Shown here piece after piece: positions 37,486 through 50,158 of a DNA stretch of 64,000 nucleotides. The stretch's first letter is position 1, and every line of letters begins with the position of its first letter. The notes beneath the pieces were generated by a model. That model did not search any database, was not told the origin of the DNA, and worked only from the letters and a program-made list of their open reading frames with translations. The stretch is from Antedon mediterranea (taxonomy: Eukaryota; Animalia; Echinodermata). The translations under genes and the position numbers were made by a program. The stretch spans positions 3,348,001-3,412,000 of the forward strand of contig NC_092672.1 in NCBI RefSeq assembly GCF_964355755.1, written 5' to 3'.

Positions 37486-39184
37486 TAAATAACTGCATAA
37501 TAATAATAAACAGAGTAAGTAGCCAATCTCATGCGTCTGAAACTATTAAACTGGATAATTGTATGCACCGAGAAATCTTGGTGTCAAACCATGTGACTTG
37601 TACGTGTTTGCCCAGACGGTGTTTCAAGCTCAAATAGTATATGTATGAAATGCCATATGTGCCAAAATATTTATCGTTTTACTAATATTAAGTCAAAACT
37701 CCGTCTAGAACCCAGACTAGCAGTACATATAAACAAAACATATAAATAAAAAATAACAAAAACTAAGAAATATTTCATGATTTCAATCATCTCTATTTAC
37801 ATTTATTCTTTATCAATTTGTCCATTTTATTGTTGGAAAGTAATATTACTTAAACAAATTTTTAACAGTATTTATTGGTTTAGTCATTAATGCACTCCAT
37901 TGTTTGCAAACAAATACAATTTGTTTACAAAATATTTATATTAAACTATACTAATAACTATATATTTTAAAAATAAACAACTTGCAAGATTCTTGCAATA
38001 ATAATAATAATATGGATGCATTTAGGATGCTATTGGACAAATTCATATCATCTGATGTCCATATTTTAGAAGTTGGTACTGTACAGTACTGTACAACACT
38101 TGTATCATTCGAACTAGGGCTCACAGAATAGTCAGTGTATAAAAACTCACCCAAGATGCATAACTATTCGTTGTATTTTCTGTTGATCAGTAAATTTAGA
38201 TGTTTCTCTTTCGTCGTCTACTGTTTCGTAATAACACAACTTTGTCTTTTCACACTATTTATATAAAGTCTGATCTCAAGGAAACATACAGTAAAATTAT
38301 ATTGAAAAAAATATTTTCTCCTTTTTAATTGGCTGTTATATTGTTGCCAGAAAAATGCCATATTTTCTGTAGTACAGCTGTTTTATGTAATTTAATTTGT
38401 AATGATTTGGACCGGATGATAAAAAGCTGTATTTTTTAAAGTAAAACACAATAAGATTAAAGTTTGATTTAGAATAACAGAAGTTTGTTTTTGAACTTTT
38501 ACATATTATTAGATTAGAGGTTGTATTAAATCATCTTCCATTGTACTATTGTAGGAGTTAAAAGAAAGAGGAAGGGACAAACACTCAGACTTCACCTTCT
38601 GTGATCTTTTGTAAAATATGTAAAATATCAAAATTAAATGTAGTTGAAAGAACATATTGAGAAATTATTTTCAGTGGCACTGGCAGCTATACAAAATTTT
38701 GTAAATAGGGGTTGGGGGAGGGAGAAATGGTGAAATGAAGGGCTGAACTTAATTTGATATCCTATCCTACTGTATCCTGACAACTTGCGAAATGTGGGAG
38801 CTGGGCCCCTTCTTGGATCCATCCCCGACTTTTTCTTAGTATTTTATTTATCACAAATCATCAACAACAATTGTATCCGCTTCTATTTATGGGGCCCATA
38901 CATTAGCTAAGCCATATGGTGTAAGATAAGCATAGTAACTTAATTTTAAAATATATAAAATATTATTAATAAGTATAATAATTTTTTAAATAGTAGTAAT
39001 ATATTATAAACAGTTTGAATTTTCACTAAAATGTTATAATTTTTGTTATAAAAGTAAAAATGGCTATTATAAGAAATTATCGCTCATTGCAGTATCATCA
39101 AAAGTGTAGAAATAATAAAACAATATACTTTAAAATATGAAATATATATACAGTATGACCACAAAATAAAAATAAGCTTTCTAG

Positions 39185-39410
39185 TGATATTGAATCCAAC
39201 GCTAATCACTAGACACTTTACGTTTTTCTCTGTCTCCACCCAGGTGTACAAATGGGTACCTGGAAAGGTCAAGACACAACTTGATTAAGAGCTGATTAAG
39301 AGCTGCATTATGGGAGTATGTTTTCATACCTGTTTGATCCAAAATTGACCGGGGTATGTACAGCGCTTAGAGGTTTCACAACAATAGGCCCTTTATAAGT
39401 CCAGGTGTTA
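39185..39410 (+). mobile_element. CORE-type SINE fragment
   Basis: AGACACTTTAC...CTCCACCCAGGTGTACAAATGGGTACC; homologous pieces at ~49820-50000 and ~51720-51880. Confidence 0.55.
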
Positions 39411-40274
39411 TTAACAAAATACATAAGATGACAATAATAATGATGACAACTATTTTATATTACTAAAATTAGAAGTTTATCTAAACTAATCATAACTTTT
39501 TAAATAAGAAATATTAGTATAAAATACCTAATGCTATAGAACACAAAACGGCATCTGACAATAAATGAATGAATTAATTAAATATGTGTAAAATTCAACT
39601 GTTAATTTAGTGCACGTTTGCCTGTCATACATGAAGCAACTAAATCATAAACTTCAATAGAAAATGTTCTTCTTTGTTTAAAAGTGTACTGTATATTGCT
39701 CCAAAGGCAATCATATCCCAGCATTCAATGGACTCTTAAGAATAACATTTTACTGAAAATCAATAAAACATTAAAAAAACTTTATCTTACTCAGTAGTAT
39801 GTTTATTACATTTAACCTTATAAAGGCAAAAATTAAAATGATATCAACTTTACTTAATTCAGTTCCACTTCATAGCAAAAAAAGAAGCACAAATGGAAAA
39901 AATGTAAATAATCACATAAAGTACAGTATCATCAACATCATGTGTTTTCTGCGCCATTTTAGGAAAATTAAAGTTTCATCTATTCAAAAATGTACATTTG
40001 CCAGTTATATTAAATTTTATTTGAATATATTCAAAATTATTTTTTATTATTATTTATTATTATAGTGCATTTACTTATTGAAATATAAATAAAATGTTTT
40101 TCTACAAAATACAATATTGTTTGGTAAAACTTAAAAACTATTAAAAAAAGAATTAGTGTACAAAGTATTTTTTAGGTCATTTGAATTTAAAGCAAAATAA
40201 TATGTTATTACATTTTAGACATTTGTTAATCAGTTTATTACAGTAGTTTGTCTGATTATCTGCATAATATTACT

Positions 40275-42071
40275 TTATGCTGCATAAAGCAAAAAGCCTG
40301 AGAATGAGCAATGTCCATAGCTAGAACTATAGTAATAGTTAGAGGTTGTACTATATGGCTGAGTCCATACTTGATCACCTGATACTAGATCAAGTACCAC
40401 CATTGTGCTTGCTGAAGTATAATTATTTCCATCTGAACTTGTTGTTATTTGACCACTTTCATTTTTCATGATTCTTGTTGAAACTGCTTGACCATTGGTA
40501 CCATCCTTCCTTGATGCCGTCTGGAATACATAAACACCTGGAATTACACAGACAAACTTGCCTGTTTCTTTGTTGTAATGATTTCCAACATTTGTAATTA
40601 TTGTGTCATACTTCATTGGGATAACGGCATGACGACCTGGGGATGATGTAAAAATTGCTGTAAAGGCAGATTTCTTCTGAATAGCTTGTTTACCTTTTTC
40701 TCCTTTTATACCATTTTCACCTGGTAATCCAATGAGGCCTTGATTTCCTTTTTGTCCTCTTATCCCATCTAAGCCATTCCTTCCATTATCTCCTTTTATT
40801 CCTTCTTCTCCTTTCATTCCCTTTTCTCCTTTTATACCATTTGTACCTGGTAGCCCAATGATGCCTTCAGGTCCTTTTGCTCCTAATTTACCAGGAATCC
40901 CATCTAATCCTTTGCTTCCATCATCTCCTTTAATTCCTTGTTCTCCTTTTATTCCTTGGTCTCCTTTCATTCCCTCTTCTCCTTTTGTACCATTTGTACC
41001 TGGTAGCCCAATGATGCCTTGTGATCCCATTGGTCCTAATTTACCAGGAATCCCATCTAATCCTTTGCTTCCATCATCTCCTTTGCTTCCATCATCTCCT
41101 TTCATTCCCTGTTCTCCTTTCACTCCTTGTTCTCCATTCATTCCTTCTTCTCCTTTCATTCCTTCTTCTCCTTTTGTACCATTTGTACCTGGTAGCCCAA
41201 TGATGCCTTGTGATCCCATTGGTCCTAATTTACCAGGAATCCCATCTAATCCTTTGCTTCCATCATCTCCTTTCATTCCTTGTTCTCCTTTCATTCCTTG
41301 TTCTCCATTCATTCCTTGTTCTCCATTCATTCCTTGTTCTCCTTTCATTCCTTGTTCTCCTTTCAATCCATATTTTCCATTTATTCCTTGTTCTCCTTTC
41401 ACTCCATTCATTCCTTGTGGCCCTGACACACCTGGATTACCATGATTTCCTGGAATGCCAGGAATCCCAGGTGTACAACAGCTCTTACAAGCTTCAGTAT
41501 CGGTTTGTGCTGCTGATTTCACGATGTGAATGACAAGAAGTTGTACAGAAATTCTGAACAACATGTTTGGAAATCTGAAATCCAATCAAATTATAATTCT
41601 TAAAATCAGAAATAAAGATCCTGGTTTTTAAATCATGAATATTCTCGACATATATGCACAACAACTTTTTGTATAGAGCTTCACAGGAGTTTATCAATTT
41701 TAGATAGGCCAATGAGATAGGGGAAAGTGTTACATTGAAATGTGCTTATAAATATACTACTGTAAGTGTAAAAGAAAAAAAAAAGTAATTTTATGCTCTA
41801 AATACAAATTACAAAATTTAAATTCCAAGTCATCTCTACTTCAAAGCATTCAATAGTTTAAATAACCTTTGCTACAGTACTGTACAATTTTTATACAAAC
41901 AAATTGAATAGCACCCAAATGTATGTATTGTTGCTTGCTACAGTACTATGACAATTTGAATCAGAGCTCATAGTCATAGTAATATTTAATGTTTAATAAA
42001 ACTAGAAGTTTTCTAAACTAATCACAACCCTAAGAAATATTTATTATAAAATAAACTTACCCAGAATGCAT
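40275..42071 (-). CDS. Collagen-gC1q protein, copy 2, 436 aa. Coding exons 42061-42071 and 40275-41574
   Basis: ATG CAT TCT GG|gtaag splices in frame to ag|A TTT CCA AAC ATG; signal peptide, CKSCC, ~87 Gly-X-Y, gC1q (SAFTA, TGKFVCVIPGVYVF, LDLVSGDQVW, FSGFLL). Confidence 0.93.
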
Positions 42072-42170
42072 GATAGTTTGTAGAATATCTTGTATTTGTT
42101 GTTGATCAGTAAAACTAGATGTTTCTCTTTTTATCTACTGATGTAAAATGAAACACCTTGTCTTTTTTCT

Positions 42171-42180
42171 CTATTTATAT
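42171..42180 (-). promoter_or_regulatory. TATA box of C1q copy 2; equivalents at 38255-38264, 44651-44660 and 50257-50266
   Basis: ATATAAATAG on the minus strand, at a conserved position ~100 bp upstream of the exon-1 ATG in four paralogues. Confidence 0.65.
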
Positions 42181-43200
42181 CAAATCCATTTTATCAAAAT
42201 GGAAGCAAGTAATTGACTAGTAAATTATACTGGAGTTTGTAATTCAAAAGAAAGTTTCTTGTTTTGTGGACCCAAGTTTAAAAGTCACATTTAGTAGCTG
42301 TTTTGTATAAATAAATTTAGTGAAGAATCCCAGAATATCTGGTAATAAATGTCTATGTTTGACATTAAAAGTACATAACATAATTTGTTGGTATTTTAAT
42401 TGCAATTTGATTTAAAGATGTTTTGGTTTTTAAAAATCTTTTGAACTTTCTCATATAATTTACCTTTTCAAATGACAGGTTTTAAGTCATTAAATATGAC
42501 AATTCACAATAAATCTAGTATTATTTAATAAACAAACTCAGAAATGAAAATAAGTAGAGTAGTTTAAATCTTTTGTACTGTACAGTAGTATGCTCTCCTG
42601 ACTGTATTGAGGCAAGACCAGCACATGAAATCTATCTCAGCATGCAATTAAAGACTTATTAAACATAATGTTTTTAATGCAGTTGAATGAAACATTGAGA
42701 AAATACCTTTTCTTACTCAGTAGTTTTTTATTTATTACATGTAACTGTATAAAGACTTTTAATTGATATGAACTTTACATAATTCACTTCAAAGCATTTT
42801 GGCTAAGCCATGTAAAGTACACTAACTTTATGCTCTAAAATCACATGTTTGTACTGTATACTGCATTGAATTCTAAAAATATGTTTTGTTTTCAACAAAC
42901 ATATCATAAATAAAAAATAAACCAATGTGCAATATTGTTCGATTAAAATGAAATTTAAAACTTAAAATTTGAAAGTGGTATAGTAGCTTGCTGAATTATT
43001 TTGCTTATTTTTATTTACAATTATTAAAAGTAAATTGGATCTGTGTTTTCAAATTAATACATTATATAAGATATTACAGCATTACATAGCATTTAAAGCA
43101 TTGTGATATAATATTACAGTATACTTTGTTACTTCATTCAATTTTAGACATTTCTAAATCAGTTTATAACAGTTTGTCTGATTATCTGCATAATATTACT

Positions 43201-44552
43201 TTATGCTGCATAAAGCAAAAAGCCTGAGAATGAGCAATGTCCATAGCTAGAACTATAGTAATAGTTAGAGGTTGTACTATATGGCTGAGTCCATACTTCA
43301 TCACCTGATATCAGATCAAGAACCACCATTGTGCTTGCAGAATCATTATAATCGCTCTCTGAAATTGTTGTTATTTGAAAACTTCCATTTTTCATGATTT
43401 TTGTTGAAACTGATTGACTATTGCCATTACTCTTCCTCGATGTCACCTGGAATACATAAACACCTGGAATTGCACAGACAAACTTGCCTGTATTTTTGTT
43501 GTAATGATTTCCAACATTTGTAATTATTGAGTTATACTTCATTGGGCTAACGGCATGACGACCTGGGGATGATGTAAAAATTGCTGTAAAGGCAGATTTC
43601 TTCTGACTAGCTTGTTTACCTTTTTCTCCTTTTATACCATTTGCACCTGGTAGTCCAGTTAGGCCTTGATTTCCTTTTGGTCCTCTTATCCCATCTAAGC
43701 CATTCCTTCCATTATCTCCTTTTATTCCTTGTGTTCCTTTCATTCCTTTTTCTCCCTTTACACCATTTCTACCTGGTAGCCCAATGATGCCTTGTGATCC
43801 CATTGGTCCTAATTTCCCAGGAATTCCATCTAATCCTTTGCTTCCATCATCTCCTTTCATTCCTTGTTCTCCTTTTATTCCTTGTTCTCCTTTGCTTCCA
43901 TCATTTCCTTTCATTCCTTGTTCACCTTTCACTCCATTCATTCCTTGTGGCCCTGACACACCTGTATTACCATGATTTCCTGGAATGCCAGGAATCCCAG
44001 GTGTACAACAGCTATTACAAGCTTCAGTATCTGTTTGTGCTGCTGATTTTACGATGTGAATGACAACAAGTTGTACAGCAATTGTAAAAAACATGTTGGA
44101 AAATCTGAAATTCAATAAAATTATAATCCCTAAATATCAGAAACAAAGATCCTGGTTTTTAAATCATGGGTGTCATGAATATATATGCACAACAAATTTT
44201 TGTATAGGGGGGTGGGGAAGTGTTAGATTTAACTGAGCTTATAAATATACTACTGTAAAAGAAAAAAAGAAGTAATTTTATGCTCTAAATACAAATTACA
44301 AAATTTAAATTCCAAGTCATCTCTACTTCAAAACATTCTGTAGTTGAAATATTCTTTGCTACAGTACTGTACAATTTGTATACAAAAAAATGGAATAGCA
44401 CCCAAAACATGTATTGTTGCTTGCTACAGTACTATGACAATTTGAATCAGAGCTCATAGTAATATTTGATATTTAATAAAACTGGAAGTTTATCTGAACT
44501 AATCACAACCTTAAGAAATATTTATTATAAAATAAACTTACCCAGAATGCAT
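43201..44552 (-). CDS. Collagen-gC1q protein, copy 3, 304 aa. Coding exons 44542-44552 and 43201-44104
   Basis: Same structure; ~43 Gly-X-Y. Confidence 0.93.
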
Positions 44553-45790
44553 GATAGTTTGTAGAATATCTTGTATTTTTTTTTGATCAGTAAAACTAGA
44601 TGTTTCTCTTTCATCTACTGATGTAAAATGAAACACCTTGTCTTTTTTCTCTATTTATATCAAATCCATTATGTCAAAATGGAAGCAAGTAATTGACTAG
44701 TAAATTATACTGGCGTTTGTAAATCAAAAGAAAGTTTTTATTTTGTGGACCCAAGTTTAAAAGTCCCATTTAGTAGCTGTTTTGTATAAATAAATTTATG
44801 GAAGAATCCCAGTATATCTGGTAATAAATGTCTGTATGTTTGGTATTAAAAGAACATACCATTCATAATTTATTGGATTTATTTAGGTGAAGTTATTTCA
44901 TTTAAAAAAAAATATTCTGAACCTTCTCATCACAGGTTTTAAGTCATTAAATATGACAATGCACAATAAATCTACTATTATTTAACAAAATCAGAAATGA
45001 GAACAAGTAGAGTAGTTTAAATCTGTTGTACTGTATTAGCCTCATGCTCTGACTCCATAACATATATTGAGGCCAGACTAGCACATGGAATCTATCCCAG
45101 CATGCATTGAATGACTCTTGAACACGTTTGTAATGTAGTTTAATGAAACATCGAAAAATTATACAGTAGTACGTGTAGTAGTATTTTATTTATTACATTA
45201 AAGAACTAAAGACATTTTAAAATGATATAAACATTATATATTTTCTCAAACACAAAAATTAATGTGTGTAATTACTATGTGTAGTATCATCATCATCAAG
45301 TATTAACTTGTATTTTGGCCATTTGAATAAGAGACCTGTAAACATGGAGAATTTCCAAAGAATAAGCTTGGTGTGTGCTGAAAAGCACAAACTTTGGTTT
45401 TAATGTTTCAGTATTTTCGTATTGAATTTGTCCATTTTTGTTCTTTGTTTAAAGAATCTAAATTCAAACTCATTCTTTTAAAAATACCATGCTACACAGT
45501 TTAAATTCAAGGGGAAACACATATCTACAGACGGTGCGTGTTCAGACTGTTATTGAAAAAATGAATGCAATGTGTGGAACGACGTGTGGTGTATCAATCT
45601 TTTAGTGCTGTTTAGAAAAATACAGTACAATCATTACAAAAAAAAGTTAACTAAAATTTTTGGGTGGTTTTTTTTCAGGTTTTTTCGCAAGACCATAAGA
45701 TTCAATTGGAATGCGTAAGAGTTTCAGACAGGTCTGAAAATAAGCACAGTAACTTTTTTATAACTAACCATTATTTTTAAATCTACCTGA

Positions 45791-48330
45791 TGTCGTGGTT
45801 CCGAACAAATAAAGAGGAGAATACACTTGGTTTCGTTCCTTCAGTCCGATTTATTAGTTTCGTTATTGTACTTCAGCGTCAAATCATTACATAGGCCTAA
45901 ATCATTTCAAGTACAGGGATTCAAGATTCAAGATTCAAGATTCAAGCCCTGCAAAATATGAATAACAAATAACAACCACTGTATCTAACAGTCAATTATA
46001 ACAATAAGTAATAATGTAATAATTCACAACACCAATCCAACAACGAACAATCACAATATATTAGTACCTCAAGTTATCAACACCAACGTATATGCCACAG
46101 CATCAACTCGTGATAACAAGATAACAACTCCTGATTATTATACTTCCGATCGAGCAAAACTAAGATAAATATTGTAAATACAAGTTTCATTAATTGTAAG
46201 CATGATTATAGTCAGGGGTGGCGCCAGGATCTTCCCGACGCGGGGGCTACATTCCCCGACGAGGGGGCTATGCGAGCGAAGCGAGCATCACAAGGCTGGG
46301 GGCCAGGGGTTCGCCCCCGGAAGCAACGAGTTCTAGCGTCATTTGAGGTCATTTTAATCAGATTTAGGGTAGCCATTTTTTCCATTTTTTATAATGCATA
46401 AATAAAATTCTGCGTGCAAAAAACGATGCGCGATGACTGTTTCAATCCATATTTTTCAATTTAAAAAATAAAAGTTCAAAGAAAATTTAGAAAAATAGAG
46501 TTGGAGGTCCTGGAAATTAGACATATTATACTTCAAAACATGAAACAAAATATATAAGTCCCTATCATGGTTGTGATAGACTGAGCTAAGAAATGTTTGA
46601 AAAATAGAGATGTTAGGTTCCGGAAAATGCACTTCTTGTACTTCGAAATATGACCAGCTTTAATGTTGGGGCTGAGCTAAGAAAATGTTTAAAACTAGAG
46701 CTGCAGGTCTTCAAAAAATTGCATTTTATACTTTGGAAACATCAGGCCCAGAGGCTTAAAAAACGCAAGCGTAGACCTTTTTCAGTCGGGGAAATAAGTT
46801 TATTCCTCCCAAGTGTATGCCTGCGTACCATCTGGACTTCCGAGTGGTGAGAAATTCATGACATACAGGACATTGAAAATTTAATAACTTAGCTATAATA
46901 AGATGTTGGCTAAGCGAAAATGGCATGTTTTTTTGTTTAGTAATGGATGAAATATTTATTTTAGGTGCCCCACGGTACAGAAGGTTATTTGTAAATTAAA
47001 AAATTGGTGAACATACGAACAATTAACATAATTCGTTTTGCTGTAGCGTACGTCGACACAGTACACGACGTAACCGTCGGTAAACTTCGCCTGGAAAATA
47101 ACTACAGTACACATTTTGGTCCCTGGATTGGAACATGATATCACGACCCAACGTTGAACGATTCGTACAAAGGGATACCGCCAGACAAGTGCGTACCTAT
47201 AGCTATTGTTTAGTAGTAAGTTAGAATCGCTGGCAATAATGAATGCATATAAAGTGCATAATATCACTCTGACGTACTCTCACGGTCAATGAAACGTCGA
47301 GGTTTTCTAGGCGCTGAAGCTACGAAGTGAACGCGAACGAATTATATTCCCCGACAAAAAGTACCCGAACCGTCGGTAAACTTCGCCTGGAAAATAACTA
47401 CATTACACATTTTGGTCCCTGGATGGAACTTGATATCACGCGTCTCGACCCAACGTTGAACGATTCGTACAAAAGGATACCGCCGACAAGTGCGTACCTA
47501 GCTAATGTTTAGTAGTAAGTTAGATCGCTGGCAATAATGAATGCATATAAATTGCATAATAGCACTCTGACGTACTCTCACGGTCAATGAGACGTCGCGG
47601 TTTTCTAGGCGCTGAAGCTACCAAGTGAACGCGAACGTTTTTTACTGTATATTATATTCCCCGACAAAAAGTACCCGTGTTCCCTTCGGTAACCGTCGGT
47701 AAACTTTGCCTGGAAAATAACTACATTACACATTTTGGTCCCTGGATGGAACATGATATCACGCGTCTCGACCCAACGGTGAACGATTCGTACAAAGGGA
47801 TACCGCCAAACAAGTGCGTACTAGCTATTGTTTAGTAGTTAGATCTCTGGCAATAATGAATGCATAAAAGTGCATAATAGCCCTCTGACGTACTCTCACG
47901 GTCAATGGAACGTCGTGGTTTTCTAGGCGCTGAAGCTATATGAAGTGAACGCGAACGTTTTTTACTGTATGTTATACTCCCCGACAAAAAGTACCCGTGT
48001 TCCCCGACGGGGGGGCTAGGCTCCCCGACGAGGGGGCTAGAGCCCCCGTAGCCCCCCCGCTGGCGCCACCACTGATTATAGTTAACATATGGTAAATCAG
48101 TTGCTTATACATATATACAAGTTAAGCTTAGTACTTACAAAATAAGAACATAGCAAGAGCTTAAACACAACAAACAAACAAACTGTAGTAACATAGCGAG
48201 AGCCTGAAACACAACAAACAAAAGACCTGCTCTGCTTACGCACGGTCTTATATCACACAGTGTCACCTGTATTCCAATTACAGAATGACTACGCAGCGCC
48301 CTCAATACACAATTCATCCAATTCATCACA
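45791..48330 (-). mobile_element. Solo LTR (~670 bp without the nested hAT), Gypsy-like
   Basis: TG...CA termini (TGTCGTG / CATCACA), 4-bp TSD CTGA at 45787-45790 and 48331-48334, and AATAAA on the minus strand ~60 bp from the end. Confidence 0.75.
46213..48074. mobile_element. Non-autonomous hAT element, 1862 bp, with three internal ~300-320 bp tandem units (~47070-48000)
   Basis: TIRs CAGGGGTGGCGCCAG / CTGGCGCCACCACTG; perfect 8-bp TSD ATTATAGT; subterminal CCCCGACG.GGGGGCTA repeats. Confidence 0.93.
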
Positions 48331-48355
48331 CTGATAAAAACAAAAATATATATAT

Positions 48356-48698
48356 TTAATAATAATATATATCAATTTGTTTGAAAAATCCAGTAAAGAA
48401 ATTTACTCACATTCTTTAGCTTTCGCCATCTTGACAGAGACTCTAACCTATTCAAGTGTAGAATCAGAGAGCCAATCCAAATCAGAAAGAGGGGGGCTAA
48501 CGCAATCAACCGCGACGAAGGTGCTGTATTTCTTGATCATGTATACACATCATTGCTACGGAAAAGTATGACGTTACCTAGAAATGACAACAGAATTCCA
48601 GGAAGTGATCAAGCCATTAGCCAAGATGGCGAAAGCTAAAGAATGTGAGTAAATTTCTTTACTGGATTTGTCAAACAAATTTATATATATTATTATTA
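48356..48698. mobile_element. Foldback MITE with ~75-bp inverted arms
   Basis: AATTTGTTTGA.AAATCCAGTAAAGAAATTTACTCACATTCTTTAGCTTTCGCCATCTTG and its reverse complement at ~48622-48682. Confidence 0.85.
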
Positions 48699-48959
48699 TA
48701 ATTATCTACAATCCTACACAATGCACTTATTCACAAATGTACATTTAATGTCAATTAATTAAATTAATTAATTAATTAATTGAAAATAAAAAACAAAATG
48801 TAGTTATAATAATGCAGTAAAATAATTTTGACATTGTCCCTTAAAATAAAAATTATAATTCACTTAAAAAAGAAAGCAAAACAACAACAAAAATAAAGCA
48901 GCTGATTTAAATTCTACAGAGGAATTTCAGTTTTTAAAACGGACATGGTTGCAGTGTGT

Positions 48960-50158
48960 CTATGTAGCATAAAGCAAGAAGCCTGTGAATGAGCAGTATC
49001 CATAACTTGTACTATAGTAGTAGTTATAGTCTGTACTATATGGCTGAGTCCATACTTCATCACCTGATATCAGATCAAGAACCACCATTGTGCTTGCTGA
49101 ATTATACCCTGAAGCATCCATCCTTGTGGACACTTCAGTATTCCCATTTTTCTTAATCAATGTTGACATTTTACCAATATTATCTTTCCTTGATGTGACT
49201 TGGAATACATAAACACCTGGAATTGTACAGACAAACTTGCCTTTTTCTTTGTTGTAGTGATTTCCTACATTTGTAATTATTGAGTCATATTTCATTGGGC
49301 TAACGGCATGACGACCTGGGATTGTAGTAAAAATTGCTGTAAAGGCAGATTTCTTCTGACTAGCTTGTTCACCCTTTTCTCCTTTTACACCATTTGCACC
49401 TGGTAACCCAATGATGCCTTGTGTTCCCATTGGTCCTAATTTACCAGGAATCCCATCTAATCCTTTGCTTCCATCATCTCCTTTCATTCCATGTTCTCCT
49501 TTTATTCCTTGTTCTCCTTTCAATCCATGTTTTCCATTCGTTCCTTGTTCACCTTTCACTCCATTCAGTCCTTGTGGCCCTGACACACCTGGATTACCAT
49601 GATTTCCTGGAATGCCAGGAATCCCAGGTGTACAACAGCTATTACAAGCCTCAATATCTGTTTGTGTTGCTGATTTCACAATGTGAATGACAACAAGTTG
49701 TACACCAATTGTGAACAATATGTTTGAAAATCTGAAATCCAATCAAATTACAATCCTTAATTCAGAAACAGATCTTGGATTGTAGCTTTTTTGAGAAACA
49801 AAAATCAATTTGCCCTTTCTCGTGAGATTGAATCCAACGCTCATCGCAATACACTTTACTTAGGTTTGCCTCTCTTAACCCAGTTGTACAAATGGGTAAC
49901 CGGTATTATGGTCAAGACACAATTTTGCACTGATTTATGGAAGTATTATAATACCTGTTTGATCCAAAATTGACCGGGGTTTAAATAATATGTTCAGTGC
50001 AAGAGGAGTCTAGGATGTTATTACTATTAAATACATGACAATAATATGCTAGATGTATTATGATGACAACTATTTTATATTACTAAAACTAGAAGTTTTT
50101 CTAAACTAATCACAACCCTAAGAAATATTTATTATAAATAAACATACCCAGAATGCAT
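48960..50158 (-). CDS. Collagen-gC1q protein, copy 4, 260 aa. Coding exons 50148-50158 and 48960-49731
   Basis: Same structure; ~29 Gly-X-Y. The exon-2 ATG is ATA here, so the start must come from exon 1. Confidence 0.92.

Larger units (their letters stand above)
33793..38161 (-). pseudogene. Collagen-gC1q gene, copy 1 (271 aa if repaired), interrupted by a transposon. Coding exon 1 at 38151-38161; exon 2 at 36531-37270 plus 33793-33857
   Basis: Signal peptide, CNSCC, ~32 Gly-X-Y triplets and a gC1q domain. The C-terminus NYYSSDPDGFCSFSGFLLYAA* lies beyond the insertion and rejoins in frame once the element and one TSD are removed. Confidence 0.9.
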
